From NCBI RefSeq assembly GCF_001194135.2, contig NC_068995.1, positions 32,559,495 through 32,623,494 of the forward strand: a DNA stretch of 64,000 nucleotides, in the 5' to 3' direction. This stretch comes from Octopus bimaculoides (taxonomy: Eukaryota). Of this stretch, positions 25,074 to 37,197 are shown one piece after another. The notes under the pieces are model-generated. The model made no database searches and was not told the origin of the DNA. It worked only from the letters and a program-made list of their open reading frames with translations. Position 1 is the first letter of the stretch. Each line of letters opens with the position of its first letter. Made by a program: the position numbers and the translations under genes.

Positions 25074-25800
25074 CTAGAAAATAAAATAAAATTATTTTAT
25101 TCATTTCTTAGCAAGAGAAGTGTTACATTTATACAAAAGAAAGAATAACAAATTATGATGTTCGTGCATTTTCCACAAACCAGCCATCCTAATTCTCCAA
25201 TTCCAGTCAAGCCAAGTAAGAGGGCATTGCTTTGTCTTCTCAGGTTGGCAAATAGAAAATATGTAAGTACATTATGATCTCAATCATAACAGCATTAGAG
25301 AATATTATGAAAGAACTCTAAATGTAAATGAGAAAGGAGTTACAAGACTGCATTGGTATAATATACAAGAACAATAATAGAGATTTCTTAAAGACGCATG
25401 AAGCCACATTTCTCATCATGAGATCAATTTCTCTTTAGCATGCGACTGTGTGTGTTTAAGAGGTAGTGAAGGCACACGGCTTAGTGGTTAGGGTATTTGG
25501 CTCATGATCGTAAGGTCATGAGTTCAAAACCTGGCAACACATTCTGTCCTTCAGAAGGACACTTTATTTCACTTAGCTCCAACCCACTCAACTGGCAAAA
25601 ATGAGTGGCACATGTAATTTAAAGGACCAGTTTTGTCACATTCTGTGTCATGCTGAATTTCCATGAGAACTACATAAAGGGTACTGTGGAGTGCTCAACC
25701 ACTTGCATATTTATCTCACAAGCAAGCTGTTCTGTTAATCGGATCAACTGGAAAACCTCATCTTAACTAATAGAGTGGCAATTCAAGAGAGACAGAAAGC

Positions 25801-26016
25801 GTGAGTGAGTGAGTGAGTGAGGAATGAGTGAGGAGTGAGTGAGGAATGAGGGATGAGTGAATGAGGAGGGAGTGAATGAAGAGGGAGTGAATGAGGAGGG
25901 AGTGAAAGAGGAGGGAGTGAAAGAGGAGGGAGTGAATGAGGAGGGAGTGAATGAGGAGGGAGTGAATGAGGAGGGAGTGAATGAGAGAGTGAATGAGGAG
26001 AGAGAGAGAGAGAGAG
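25801..26016. repeat. purine-rich tandem repeat, 15-bp core (GAGGGAGTGAATGAG)n, flanked by (GAGT)n and (GA)n
   Basis: Direct reading. Confidence 0.9.
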
Positions 26017-27991
26017 TAAATAATTGCAAGTACTATAAAGGGGTAGTATCTGTTGGAGATCTGAGTGTATGAGGAGTTTGATTCTTAGCTAACCCATTTC
26101 AATTATCTTTTTACACCAAAATATTTCCAGCCACATTCAGCGGCTGGAACCAAAGGGAGCGTTGCCCTAGGTGTATCAGGACACAGTATAATGCATAACA
26201 AAAAACAATTTCTCTCTTCATATATATGATATTAACTTCAGAAACGAGCCAACAATAATGCCTCTATGTGATCACTAAAGCAGCTAAAAAAAAAAGCAGG
26301 TGCTAGGAAGGGCATCCAACCATAAAAAACAGGTAAAAAGGAAACAAACAAGTGAGATATGATCCACTGACCCATCTGAGTAAGCGGTAACTTTAAAATA
26401 AGAATGGACCCATACCAGGATAGAAAGCAGATGTAAAACAACAACACCACCACTGCTGTTATCATTTTGTAACAGTTGGATTTGGCCCCCACGTTTTGTC
26501 ACATAAAAATCACAAGTCGATTATGTACACAAACCCATTTTCAGTCCAATCAACAGCTGTTGTTTACATGATAGTCTAGTGGCATGGCTAGAGCCTTCCA
26601 TGAACAAAGCCAACAAATACAGCTCATGTGAGTGCGAAAGCTTCAGAGTGATTCCAGTCCTTGGTGGTGTTCACTCTAGAAGATGAAAACATTCCTTGGC
26701 AACAGCAATATGTATTGAAATGTAAAACTTAGTCCAAATGTTGAGTTTCTGATTAAGACTTTCTGCACTTGTCATATACATTGTTTCACCTGAATATTCC
26801 TTTTCTTGTATTGCATAAACATTTTCTGTATTAATGTAACAATAAATTATGTTCATAATACATAAAACAAGCCTTCTCCCACTCTCACTACAACTGTATC
26901 AGGTTACTGTATAATTTTTGCCTTTCAAATTTCATTCACAAAGCATTGATCAATCTGAGACTATAGCAGAAAACAGTTGTCAAGGTGTTATACAATGGAA
27001 CTGAAGCCAAAACCTTGTGGTTTTGAAGTGAAACTTCTTAACCACAGAACCATGTTTTGTCTAGCATTCACAAACTGTAAGTAAGACAATGGTGACAGCA
27101 GCAACATCCACAAATGCTTTACTGTTTATTGCCCTCATCAACAAAGACAATGATAAGCAGGAGAATATAGAACCCATAATCACAATACATCAGAGGACAA
27201 GTGGGACATGTATTTTTAAAATGCTAAGCACAGATGTGACTGTGTGGTTGAGAAGCCTGCTCCCTAACCATGTGGTCTTGGGTCCAGTCTCACTGCACAG
27301 TACCAGAGGCAAACGTCTTCTACTATAGCCCTGCACCAGTCAATGCTTTGTGAGTTGATTTGGTAGACAGAAGCTGAAAGAAGCCTTCTGTATGTTTGTA
27401 TGCATGTACCCTTTTCTAGACATCATGTGATGTTTGTAAAGGAGCATCATTGTCATACATGTTAATGATTTATAGGTAGACAGTATTTCGTTATGCAACC
27501 ATAACATGCTACAACGTATATTAAATGTTTTATAAGTTGATATCATGTACAACTGTGTTAGCAGTGCATTTAAATCATGTGTTAAGGTCATCTCTACAGA
27601 TATTCTATAGAAATTACAGCCAGCATTGATTTTGTTACGACAGGCATGGCTGTGTGGTTAGGAAGCTTGCTTCCCAGCTACATGGTTTCAGGTTCAGTCC
27701 CACCACATGGCACCTTGGGCAAGTGTCTTCTGCTATAGCCCCGGGCCAACCAAAGCTTTGTGATTGAATTTGGTAGGAGGAAGTTACTGCCGCATGTGTA
27801 TATGTCTGTGCTTGTGCCTCTCCGAAAGAGAGAGAGAGAGAGAGGGGTTTCATATCTGAGATGTCATACAAGTGAGAATGATCATCCCCAGTCTTCTATG
27901 ACAAACGTGTGGCGATGGAGAAAATATATGATGAAGAGTATAAACTATTACCATATACTCTTATTACATGATAAATAAATGAGAAAAGTAC

Positions 27992-28121
27992 CTTCTGTAG
28001 CAGGCATGTATTCTTTACCCTCAGTGAGTGTCTCCTTTAATTTAGCCGTGCGGAGAACTATGTCGCTAGTTTCTACTAGTGCAGGAACTTGGTGTTCAAA
28101 TGTCTCAAAATTTGCAATTTT
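27992..28121 (-). CDS. NBAS: NBAS exon w18 (130 nt, phase 0-1)
   Basis: tttgtag|AAA...GAAG|gtactt; KIANFETFEHQVPALVETSDIVLRTAKLKETLTEGKEYMPATE ~ human VLLRTGKLAE...FPTTE. Confidence 0.92.
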
Positions 28122-28660
28122 CTACAAATAAATCAGAAAACATTACTTTCAGTTCCAAAAATGTCACAGTATCCATGGAGAAATTTGAACTAATCACTGC
28201 CAAGCTAATAATATACTTACCAGTTATGTAATGCCCTATGTTGAATACAGCAGTGAATTGTAATCTGCCCTTATACTTATTTGTTCTTAGAGACTGGGCC
28301 ATTACATGTAAGAGCATGTACCACACAGACACAGGTCTGTCAAAGAGTTACAATTTATCAACTTTCTATTAATGAATGCTTCATTACTTTACAGTGCTTC
28401 CAGGTTGAAAATAACATCACTAACCCTATATTAATTAGATATTGTACTGACAGAAATAAAATTATCACTGCTCACACTACTTTTATAATGATTCGTACAA
28501 AGACACGCTTTGATTCTAGATGTTAGGGTAGTAGAAATATCACAATAGACTAAATCCAACCTGGGAGAGCCAGCAGCAGACTGAGAGGAATCACATCAGT
28601 CATGGATAAACTACATCAAACACAGAATTCATTAATCAGAGATAAACTTCAACTGGACAC

Positions 28661-28820
28661 AGAATGCATCTATCGGAGACAGAACGCATCTATCGGAGAC
28701 AGAACGCATCTATCGGAGACAGAACGCATCTATCGGAGACAGAACGCATCTATCGGAGACAGAACGCATCTATTGGAGACAGAACGCATCTATTGGAGAC
28801 AGAACGCATCTATCAGTGAT
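28661..28820. repeat. 20-bp minisatellite (AGAACGCATCTATCGGAGAC) x8
   Basis: Direct reading of 8 consecutive units, with degenerate flanking units. Confidence 0.95.
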
Positions 28821-29028
28821 AGATTTCATCAGTCACAGAGAGACTTCATCAGTCAAGGGTAGACTGCATCAGTCAGTAATATTATTTCATTAGTAAGAGA
28901 AAGACTCTAAATCAATCTGAGAGAGACTGCTAACATTATGGGCTGTGCATCTTTGACTCAGATTAACAAATATAATAAATAACTACAAAGAAGAATATTA
29001 AAAATTTAGATGCTAAATAATTAGATAC

Positions 29029-29412
29029 CTTGTCAACCACACAATTTTCGATGATTTCTCCATAAAAAGGATGGCATGCTTGATTTTCAAAGTTCCAAAT
29101 CTGTTCATCAGCAAATTGTTCCTTATTAGAATTAAAGCGTTGGACCGGAACCATTTTTACAAGGTTATGAATGGTGTGATGCCACCACTTGACATCAGTA
29201 ACTGAAGACAACATGCCTTTTGTTAATTCACCTGTACTAAGTAAAATATCTTTTGTCTGATTGAGGACATGCATTGAAGTTTGAGGGCTTTGTTCAGGAG
29301 TGAAAAATTCTGACACCCCACTGTCACTTATTGTACTGTCTATCATACTTGAAGGTTTTTCGTCAGAAGAGGACATGGTGCCAAATTCAGCACAGACTTG
29401 GTCATAGAGCAT
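29029..29412 (-). CDS. NBAS: NBAS exon w17 (384 nt, phase 0-0)
   Basis: tttacag|ATG...AAG|gtatct; MLYDQVCAEF...VTDVKWW...ENQACHPFYGEIIENCVVDK ~ human VSDGQWW...EKQGCHPFYESVI. Confidence 0.93.
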
Positions 29413-30735
29413 CTGTAAAAGATAGAATTATAAGATGATGGAAGTGAAGACATACACAACATTAAAGCATGGTTTCTGCAACGAACACACTATAGCAATA
29501 TTTTTTTCTAGCATAAACATGGAAACTAGAATTTTATGAGAAAAGCTTTGGAAAATTATGTGGAAACAACCTATTTTTCTTAATGACACTAAGAACATAC
29601 ATGATATGAATCTATTCCTACTTGAATATTATGATTATTAATATTTTTTATATAAGGGCTGTACAAGGTGGTGAGCTGGCAGAACCATTAGCATGCAAGG
29701 CAAAATGGTAGCAGCATTTCATCTGTCATTACAATCTGAGTTCAAATTCCACCAAGTTCAACTTTGTCTTTCATCCTTTAGGGGTCAATAAAATTAAGTA
29801 CCAGTTGAACACTTGGGTCAGTGAAATCAACTTACCCCCTCCCTCGAAATTACAGACCTTGAACCAAAATATGAAACCAATTTAAAGGCAGTGGGCTAGC
29901 AGAATCATTAGAGAACTGAAAACAAATGTCTTGAGATATTTGTACCAGCTCTTGATATTCTGATTTCAAATCCCATAGAGGCTAACATTTCATCCTTCCA
30001 AAGCAAATAAAATGATATTCTGATTTCAAATCCCATAGAGGCTAACATTTCATCCTTCCAAAGCAAATAAAATACCAGTCAAGTCCTGAAAGTCAGAAAA
30101 ATTGATTGTACCCTCTCTCTCTCCCCCAAATTTCTTATTCCTATATATGAAATTATTATTACCTTCTGCTGAAAGGTAAAGTGTAGTAGAATTGGCAGAG
30201 TACTTTGTAGTATTTAGTCACATCCCTTTGCTGTCTGTTTTTTTTTTTAATCCCAATGTGCCTTTAACCCATTTGTTACCATATTTCTGTTGAGATGCAC
30301 TGTGTTTCTTTCAATTAATTTTAAATATAACAAAAAATTTAGTAAAATAACTTAGTTATCAATAAGCAAGTGTTAGGAACATGAATTGTGACTAAAGTTT
30401 GATGGAATATTTTAATTCAGAACTTTTGAAAACAAGACATTTGTACTACAGAGCCAAAGGCAGTTTCAGATACAAATAAAATAAGCGTCAGTCAAAGACT
30501 GGAGTTATTTCAAATTGATTCTGCCTTCCCCAAGATATGTGGCTTGATCTATGATATAAGTTACTAAGTGACAACTATGTAAATATCAAATGTACATGAA
30601 AATAATCTGAATGAGAATAGATATTCCAGAAATGTGTATAACAGAGACAGGATCATATACATAATAAAATGGTAGTGTTTTGAATGATTATTTCTTTACC
30701 CATCATTAGACTTCAACAATCTGTTAGGCAGTTTA

Positions 30736-32009
30736 CAAGGATCAGCTGAAAAGTTCATAGGCTGACCAAGATTCTCCCATCAAATGTGACCAAATGTGGT
30801 TTATTTTTCAACATAGTTTCCCTTGCAGTCCACACACTTCTCCCACTGGTGTTTCAGTACTTGGATCCCATCAGTGAAGATGCTTTCATCCTCTTGGTAA
30901 AAAAAAAAGTTGTCAACAGTAGACATGATGTCATCATCACTACAATACTGGTTCCCAGTCAAGTGTTTTTACCATGTTGGGGAATAGATGATAGTTATAT
31001 GGGGCCAAATCAATAGGGAGAGTGATCAACCAGTTCAAAGCTACAGTCATGCACAGAAGCCATTGAAACCAAGGACTTGTTGCTAGAGCATTGTCCTGAT
31101 GAAACAAAACCACTTTCCTCAGGTCTTGATAACCTTCCGTAACTGCCTCAGCAACTTAGCAGAGAACTCTTCATTGATGGTGTGGTCCTTCTGAAAAGAG
31201 TCAATAAACACATTGCTTTTTGCATCCCTAAAAACTGAAGCCACCACCTTCCCTGCAGATGAAATGACTTTAGCCTTCTTAGGAGCAGGTGAGGAGGAGT
31301 GTTTCCAAAGCATGGATTGTCTCTTTGTCCTTGGTTCAAAGTGATGAACCAACACTCATCCTGGCTTAGGGAATGTTCAAGCAAACCAGCTGGATCTGTC
31401 TCAAACAATGTCAAATTTTTCCACAAAATGGTCAGCCTGGAGTGCTTTTGATCAGCTGTCAGAAAACATGGCACCCATCAAGCAGAAACTTTTGTCATGC
31501 CAAGTTCATTGTGCAAAATATTCTGAACTCTCTCACAGGACATACTAATAACATTGGCCATTTGATTTATAGTCAATTGCCTGTCATCCTTCACCATGTG
31601 TTGAACACAATGTTTTCCTCAGTGGTGCCAGTTGCAAGACGTCCAGATCTTGGGTAATCTTCAAGACTCTCCATTCCCCTCCTAAATTCAGCTGCCCACT
31701 TTTGCACTGTTGATAAAGCTGGAAGGTCATCCCCTAATGTGGCAATCATATCAACTTGAACGTCCTTGGCGGCAAATGTGTTTTCTGCAAGTACTTGATA
31801 ACACCACAATGCCGAATTTTGACTATTTTCAAGAGAAGTTGCTACTAGTTATTTTTGAAGTCTTCTTTGAACAGTCAGATATCAGTTCATTTGGAAAGAA
31901 ACAAAGCAACTGTTAATAAGAAAAGTTAAAGTTGAAATTAATGCATGCAAGATTTCACAGTTCTAGCATCACTCCATAGTCAGTGTATGAACTTTTCAGC
32001 CCATCCTCA
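30736..32009 (-). mobile_element. mariner (Tc1/mariner) DNA transposon, decayed and internally deleted
   Basis: TIRs TA|CAAGGATCAGCTGAAAAGTTCATA and TATGAACTTTTCAGCCCATCCTCA|TA. Transposase pieces: STVQKWAAEFRRG..LEDYPRSGR, QDECW, HFEPRTKRQSMLW, SAGKVVASVF. Confidence 0.9.
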
Positions 32010-32172
32010 TAAGTTGTTAAAGAAGATGGAAAGATGACCACAGAAACAATCAGCTGAAATGTAGCTTCCATACTATCATAACTGAAATGAGCTTATGCTT
32101 CAAGAAAAATGTCTTCAATAAGAACCCATCTAAAGAATCTGCTAAGAGACATGAATGGTCACATCGATTTAC

Positions 32173-32260
32173 CTGAATGTCTATGAGAGCTTTGGCATCA
32201 AGAATAGATTGTATTTGGTCAGGATCACAGTAAGTCAAAGCAAATTCCAGAAGTTCAATT
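32173..32260 (-). CDS. NBAS: NBAS exon w16 (88 nt, phase 2-0)
   Basis: attgtag|A...CAG|gtaaat; IELLEFALTYCDPDQIQSILDAKALIDIQ ~ human ELMAFALTHCPPSSIELLL. Confidence 0.92.
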
Positions 32261-33241
32261 CTACAATAAAAAAATTTCCAAAGTTAAAATTACATCTGAA
32301 GAGTTTTACCAACCTCTTACATCTAAGTACATCGAAATCTTTCAGGCTTGTAATAGTTATTTGTTTTTTGATTTTTTTTTCTTTTACTTGTTTCAGTCAT
32401 TCAATTGCAGCCATGCTGGGACACAGCCTTGAAGAATTTTTAGTCAAATGAATTGACCCCAATACTTTTTATTTTAAACCTGGTACTTATTCTAATGATA
32501 TCTTTTGCTGAACTGTTAAGTTATAGGAACATAAACACACCAACACTAGTTATCAAGTGGTGGTGGCAGACAAACTGACACAAAGACACACACACACATA
32601 CATACAATGGACTTCTTTTAGTTTCTGTCTACCAAATCCACTCAAAAGGCTTTGGTCGGCCCAAGACTAGAGTAGAAGACACTTGTCCAAGATGCCAAAC
32701 AGTGGGACTGAAACCAGAACCAAGTGGTTGGGAAGCAAGCTTCTTAATACACAGCCACACCTATGCTTGTTTCTTTTTTTGTTTGCTTGTTTGTTTTTTC
32801 TTTTAAGTTGAAATAACTTTATTACACTGATATTCACAAACACAGGTAGATTTGCATGTTAAGGTATTTCCTTTGCAACCCCAGTCCCAGGTTCAATCTT
32901 ACAACATGGTACCTAGAAAAAGTGACTCCTACTATTAAGTCAGATTGACTAATTGATTGAAATTTGATAAAAAGAACCTACATAGAAATCCATTGAATGC
33001 ATATCAATATTTGATCACAAAACTTGGTATGTTGGATGTAAAACCTCGCAAGTTCAATAGATTAAGTGATAGACAAAAAGTATTGAAGCTGATTACAACC
33101 AACTAAAAATTTGTGAAAGTGGTGCCCCAGCATGGTCTCAGTCCAATGAGTGAAACCAATAAAAGAATTCTAAACACTTAAAAACATATATTAACAATAT
33201 TCCAATGGTACCCATTGATTAATTATGTGCACGTGTGAGTA

Positions 33242-33274
<33 letters not shown>

Positions 33275-33351
33275 GTGTGTGTGTGTGTATAAATATATGT
33301 GTGTGTGTGCATTTATCTGTGTGTAACATTTAAATAATATTCTTTACATAT

Positions 33352-33507
33352 TTTCTATAGAAATTATAGCCACCACTAATTCTGTTGCGACATCTCATAT
33401 CTAAGACATCTGATGTAAACAAACAATAAGATGTCACGGATATGAAACGTAACAGAATCAGTGCTGGCTATAATCTCTAAAGAAAATCTGTAGAGGTGAC
33501 TGTAACA
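33352..33507. mobile_element. fold-back MITE; related copies at ~27583-27870 (interrupted by a SINE) and ~44340-44465
   Basis: TTCTATAGAAATTATAGCCACCACTAATTCTGTTGC pairs with GTAACAGAATCAGTGCTGGCTATAATCTCTAAAGAA; same left arm at 27583 and 44340. Confidence 0.65.
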
Positions 33508-33827
33508 TGTGATTTAAGTGCACTACTAGCACAGTAGTACATGGTTTTGACTTATAAAAACATTTAATATACTTTGTAACATATCATGGTTGCATAATGA
33601 AATACCATGTGACACTGGTAAAGCATTTGATATCAAAGCATAAAAAATAGGTTTTAAAAACATTTTTTTTTTCAACTTTATAAGCAAATAACAAACGGTA
33701 AAAGGATGAGAGATTATGATGCTGGTGAACCTATCCGACTATCATATAAAATTCACCCTTTAATAGTTATATTTTAAGAGAAAAATTTTGATAAAATAGA
33801 CACCAGTAATTAAAACAAAAGTCTTAC

Positions 33828-33946
33828 CGTGTTCCTAAAACACAGTTACCATTCTGGGATAAATCTACGCAGACACTCCATGCCGGTGGATAAGATTTTT
33901 CCATCAACTGAGAGCATGCATAATAAGCCTTCATATAATCTTTAGC
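33828..33946 (-). CDS. NBAS: NBAS exon w15 (119 nt, phase 0-2)
   Basis: tttgtag|GCT...ACACG|gtaaga; AKDYMKAYYACSQLMEKSYPPAWSVCVDLSQNGNCVLGT(R). Confidence 0.92.
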
Positions 33947-34859
33947 CTACAAAACATAAAACATTTAACATAACATTTTATCTCAAAATAGCCAGTTTGC
34001 CAGAAGTCCTTGACCCTGACAAAAATCAAAAATCCACTTCTGTAACTTCCTCATTTTCAAAGATCTTGATAATTGCTTATATAACAAGAGAGCAGCATGA
34101 CTGCTATGCATAAAAGTTTCCTAAACTTGAAGAGATTTGCAAATGTGACAATTATCTAAATATTCTATACTTTATCCCAACTTTGATGAATTGCAGAATG
34201 AACCCAAGTTAAAGACATGTAACTATTATTTCTTAACAAAACATATACAATTATTATCTACCTTGCTTTCTGAGTTCAAATTCTGCTGACGTCGGCTTTG
34301 CTTTTCATCCTTTCAGAGTCAATAAATTAAGTACCACTGGGGTTGCTGTACTCCCTCCCCCCAAAAATTGCTGGCCTTGTGCCAAGATTTGAAACCAAAA
34401 TCATCAACCTTGCTATAAGAATTATCAATCTTTCTTTATGTTTAAACCTTCAGCATTTAAACTGGCAATGTCCAGCCCAAACATTCTACATGTTTTATGT
34501 TCAAACTCGTCATATCTGACCTCTCACGCCTTCCCTACAGTGTTGTTCTATAAACATTCACATCATCAAAATCTTGAAGCTATGAGATATTGCATGATTA
34601 ATTAAAAACAATGTAAATAAATGAGCATTACATTTGATAGAATAATCTGAATGCTCAAGGGTTAAATCAGTTAGACTCTTCGTTTTATTCCCACCTCTGG
34701 AGTAATTAGCTATAAGAACACCTCTATTATGACATCCATGAACTATGTAGATGATTGGTTGTAAGTAATAATTTCTATTACCTTGGTAACCTAAAAACTG
34801 CTACAGGTATCAAAAAGGTTAAGCAAAATAATAAAAAAGCAAAAAACAAGTATACTTAC

Positions 34860-34952
34860 ATCCAGTGCCTTTTCTGCAATTAATTTGTACACTTGGCCTT
34901 CAATTTCTGCATCATCTGCTGATACCCTCAATAGTCTTGCTAGCTGAAGAAG
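34860..34952 (-). CDS. NBAS: NBAS exon w14 (93 nt, phase 0-0)
   Basis: attctag|CTT...GAT|gtaagt; LLQLARLLRVSADDAEIEGQVYKLIAEKALD ~ human LLGLAELLRVAGENPEERRGQV. Confidence 0.92.
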
Positions 34953-35343
34953 CTAGAATAGGGAAATATAGTCATCCGTTATAGTAACAAGCTTCTTAAA
35001 AATTTGATTAGATTTTAATGAAAACAGAAAATAAATAATTAAAACAATCAGGATTTTATCAATTCCTTGATCCTTTAGCACTACCTTGGCCAGCAGTAAA
35101 TTCCTACAAAAATTACACCAAAATTTATTTGCCTTTTATTTGTTTCAGTCACTTGATTGAAGCCATGCTGGGGCACTGCCTCGAAGGGTTTTAGCCAAAT
35201 GAATCAACCTCCGGACTTCTGTGTTTTAAAGCTAAGTACTTATTCTATTGGTCTCTTTTGCCAAACAGCTAAGTTACAGGAATGTACACATACCAACACT
35301 GGTTGTCAAGTAGTGGTGGGGGACAAACACAGACACACACATG

Positions 35344-35389
<46 letters not shown>

Positions 35390-35481
35390 NNNNNNNNNNN
35401 NNNNNNNNNNNNNNNNNNNNNNNNNNNNNNNNNNNNNNNNNNNNNNNNNNNNNNNNNNNNNNNNNNNNNNNNNNNNNNNNN

Positions 35482-35519
<38 letters not shown>

Positions 35520-37197
35520 TCTATGACAGGCTTCATTCAGTTCCCATCTACCAAATCTACTCACAAGGCTTTAAGGAGCCCAAGGCTATAGTAGAAGACA
35601 CTTGCCCAAGACATGCAGTAAGACTGAACTTAGAACCATGTGGTTGGGAAGCAAGCTTCTTACCACACACCCACACCTGCATCTGTTTCCTTTTTGTTTT
35701 CTTTGTTGTTTTTTTTTGCATTCAATAAAAATAAACTATCAATTTATTAACACTACAGTGAAGACACATGGCCTAGTGGTTAGGGTGTTGCATTCATGAT
35801 TGAAAGAGTGTGGTTTCAATTCACAGAATGGACAGTGTGTTGTCCTCTTGAGCAAAACACTTCATTTCACATTGCTTCAGTCCACTCAGCTATAAATCAG
35901 TAAGCCTGCAACAAACTGGTGTCCCTTTTAGGGGTTATGTTGTAATCTCAGTCCAGGCCATAGAAACCAGGTAACTGGCCCTATGAGCCCTAAGACTCAA
36001 GGGAATAAAAAGTCCAAGGGTTGATGATGATGATATTAACGCTAACAGTTTTCATCACTGACATGGTTGTTACACTTTTTCCATGCTGGCATGGGTTGGA
36101 CAAGACTGCTTGAATCAGTAACCAGATCCACTTTCAGACACCAATTCTTGTTTTCAAGTATAGTACTTTATTTCATATCAAGCTGTTTATTTGTGAGATA
36201 AAAGAAATATCGCTGATCAAGTGGTGATGTGCCAATGTAAAGTAATTTGGAGACAGACAAACAAACACATACACAAATCACACACAAGCAAAAATGAGCT
36301 ATGATAATAAAGAGGACAGCTGAGAACTTGTGTTTCTGCCTCAATAGGAGTTATCAGCACACCAGTTCTACTTTGACTCCAGCAAATGAGATACTTAGAC
36401 ATATGAAAAAGAGTAGAAAACATTTATGGCTCGGATTAATTTGCATAATTTAAATGTCAGTATTATCATCATCATCATCATCATCATTCAATATGCATTT
36501 TCCATGCTGACATGGAACAGACAGTTTGACTGGAACTGGTAAGCTGGAGAGCTGCATCAGGCTTCAGTCAACTGTTTTGGCTTGGTTTCTATGGCTGGAT
36601 ACCCTTCCTAATGCCAACTATTTTACAGAATGTACTGGATGGTTTTTATGTTCCACCAGCATGGATGTAAACATTATACACAAATAAAGGTATATCAAAC
36701 ACCATGCAAGATAAGTTCTTGGTTTATTGAAATTATTATTCTTTTGAGAGGATAAACAAATGCCTTGTGGCAACTGCAACCAACTCCAAACAAGGAGGGT
36801 TGATAATCTCAAGAATCAAGAATTCTTTAAAACTGATATGCCATTAAAGAATAAACAGTCTGGTTCTCATTCATGAGAAAAATTAATCCAGAACAGGTGC
36901 AGGTGTGGCTATGTGGTAAGAAGTTGGTTTTACATGGTTCCAGGTTCAGTCCCATTGCATGGCACCTCAGGCAAGTGTACTGGGGTCGATGCAATCGGTT
37001 TACACTCACCCCCAAAAAATTGCTGGCCTTGTGCCAAAATTTGAAACCGATATTATCAAACTCTTCCAGCAATTTGTTACCAGATACATTAGAGTATCAA
37101 TAATCATGCATTTATTATCCAATGAAAGACTAACACAGAGCATCTCAAAAGAAATATAGTGTATTTATTTTGAGATGCTCTGTGTTTCTTTCAATTA

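Noticed and set aside
25763-26072. Repetitive ORFs (FTPSS)n and (NEEGV)n
   Set aside because: Translations of the 15-bp tandem repeat.
28661-28820. CRISPR-like regular array
   Set aside because: Units are contiguous with no unique spacers, and the context is eukaryotic.
28602-28862. ORF with a repeated TERIYRRQNASIGDRTHL motif
   Set aside because: Product of the 20-bp minisatellite; no splice or homology support.
29020-29028. GTATCT donor of w17 as a possible U12-type intron
   Set aside because: Does not match the GTATCCTT consensus; treated as an ordinary U2 donor.
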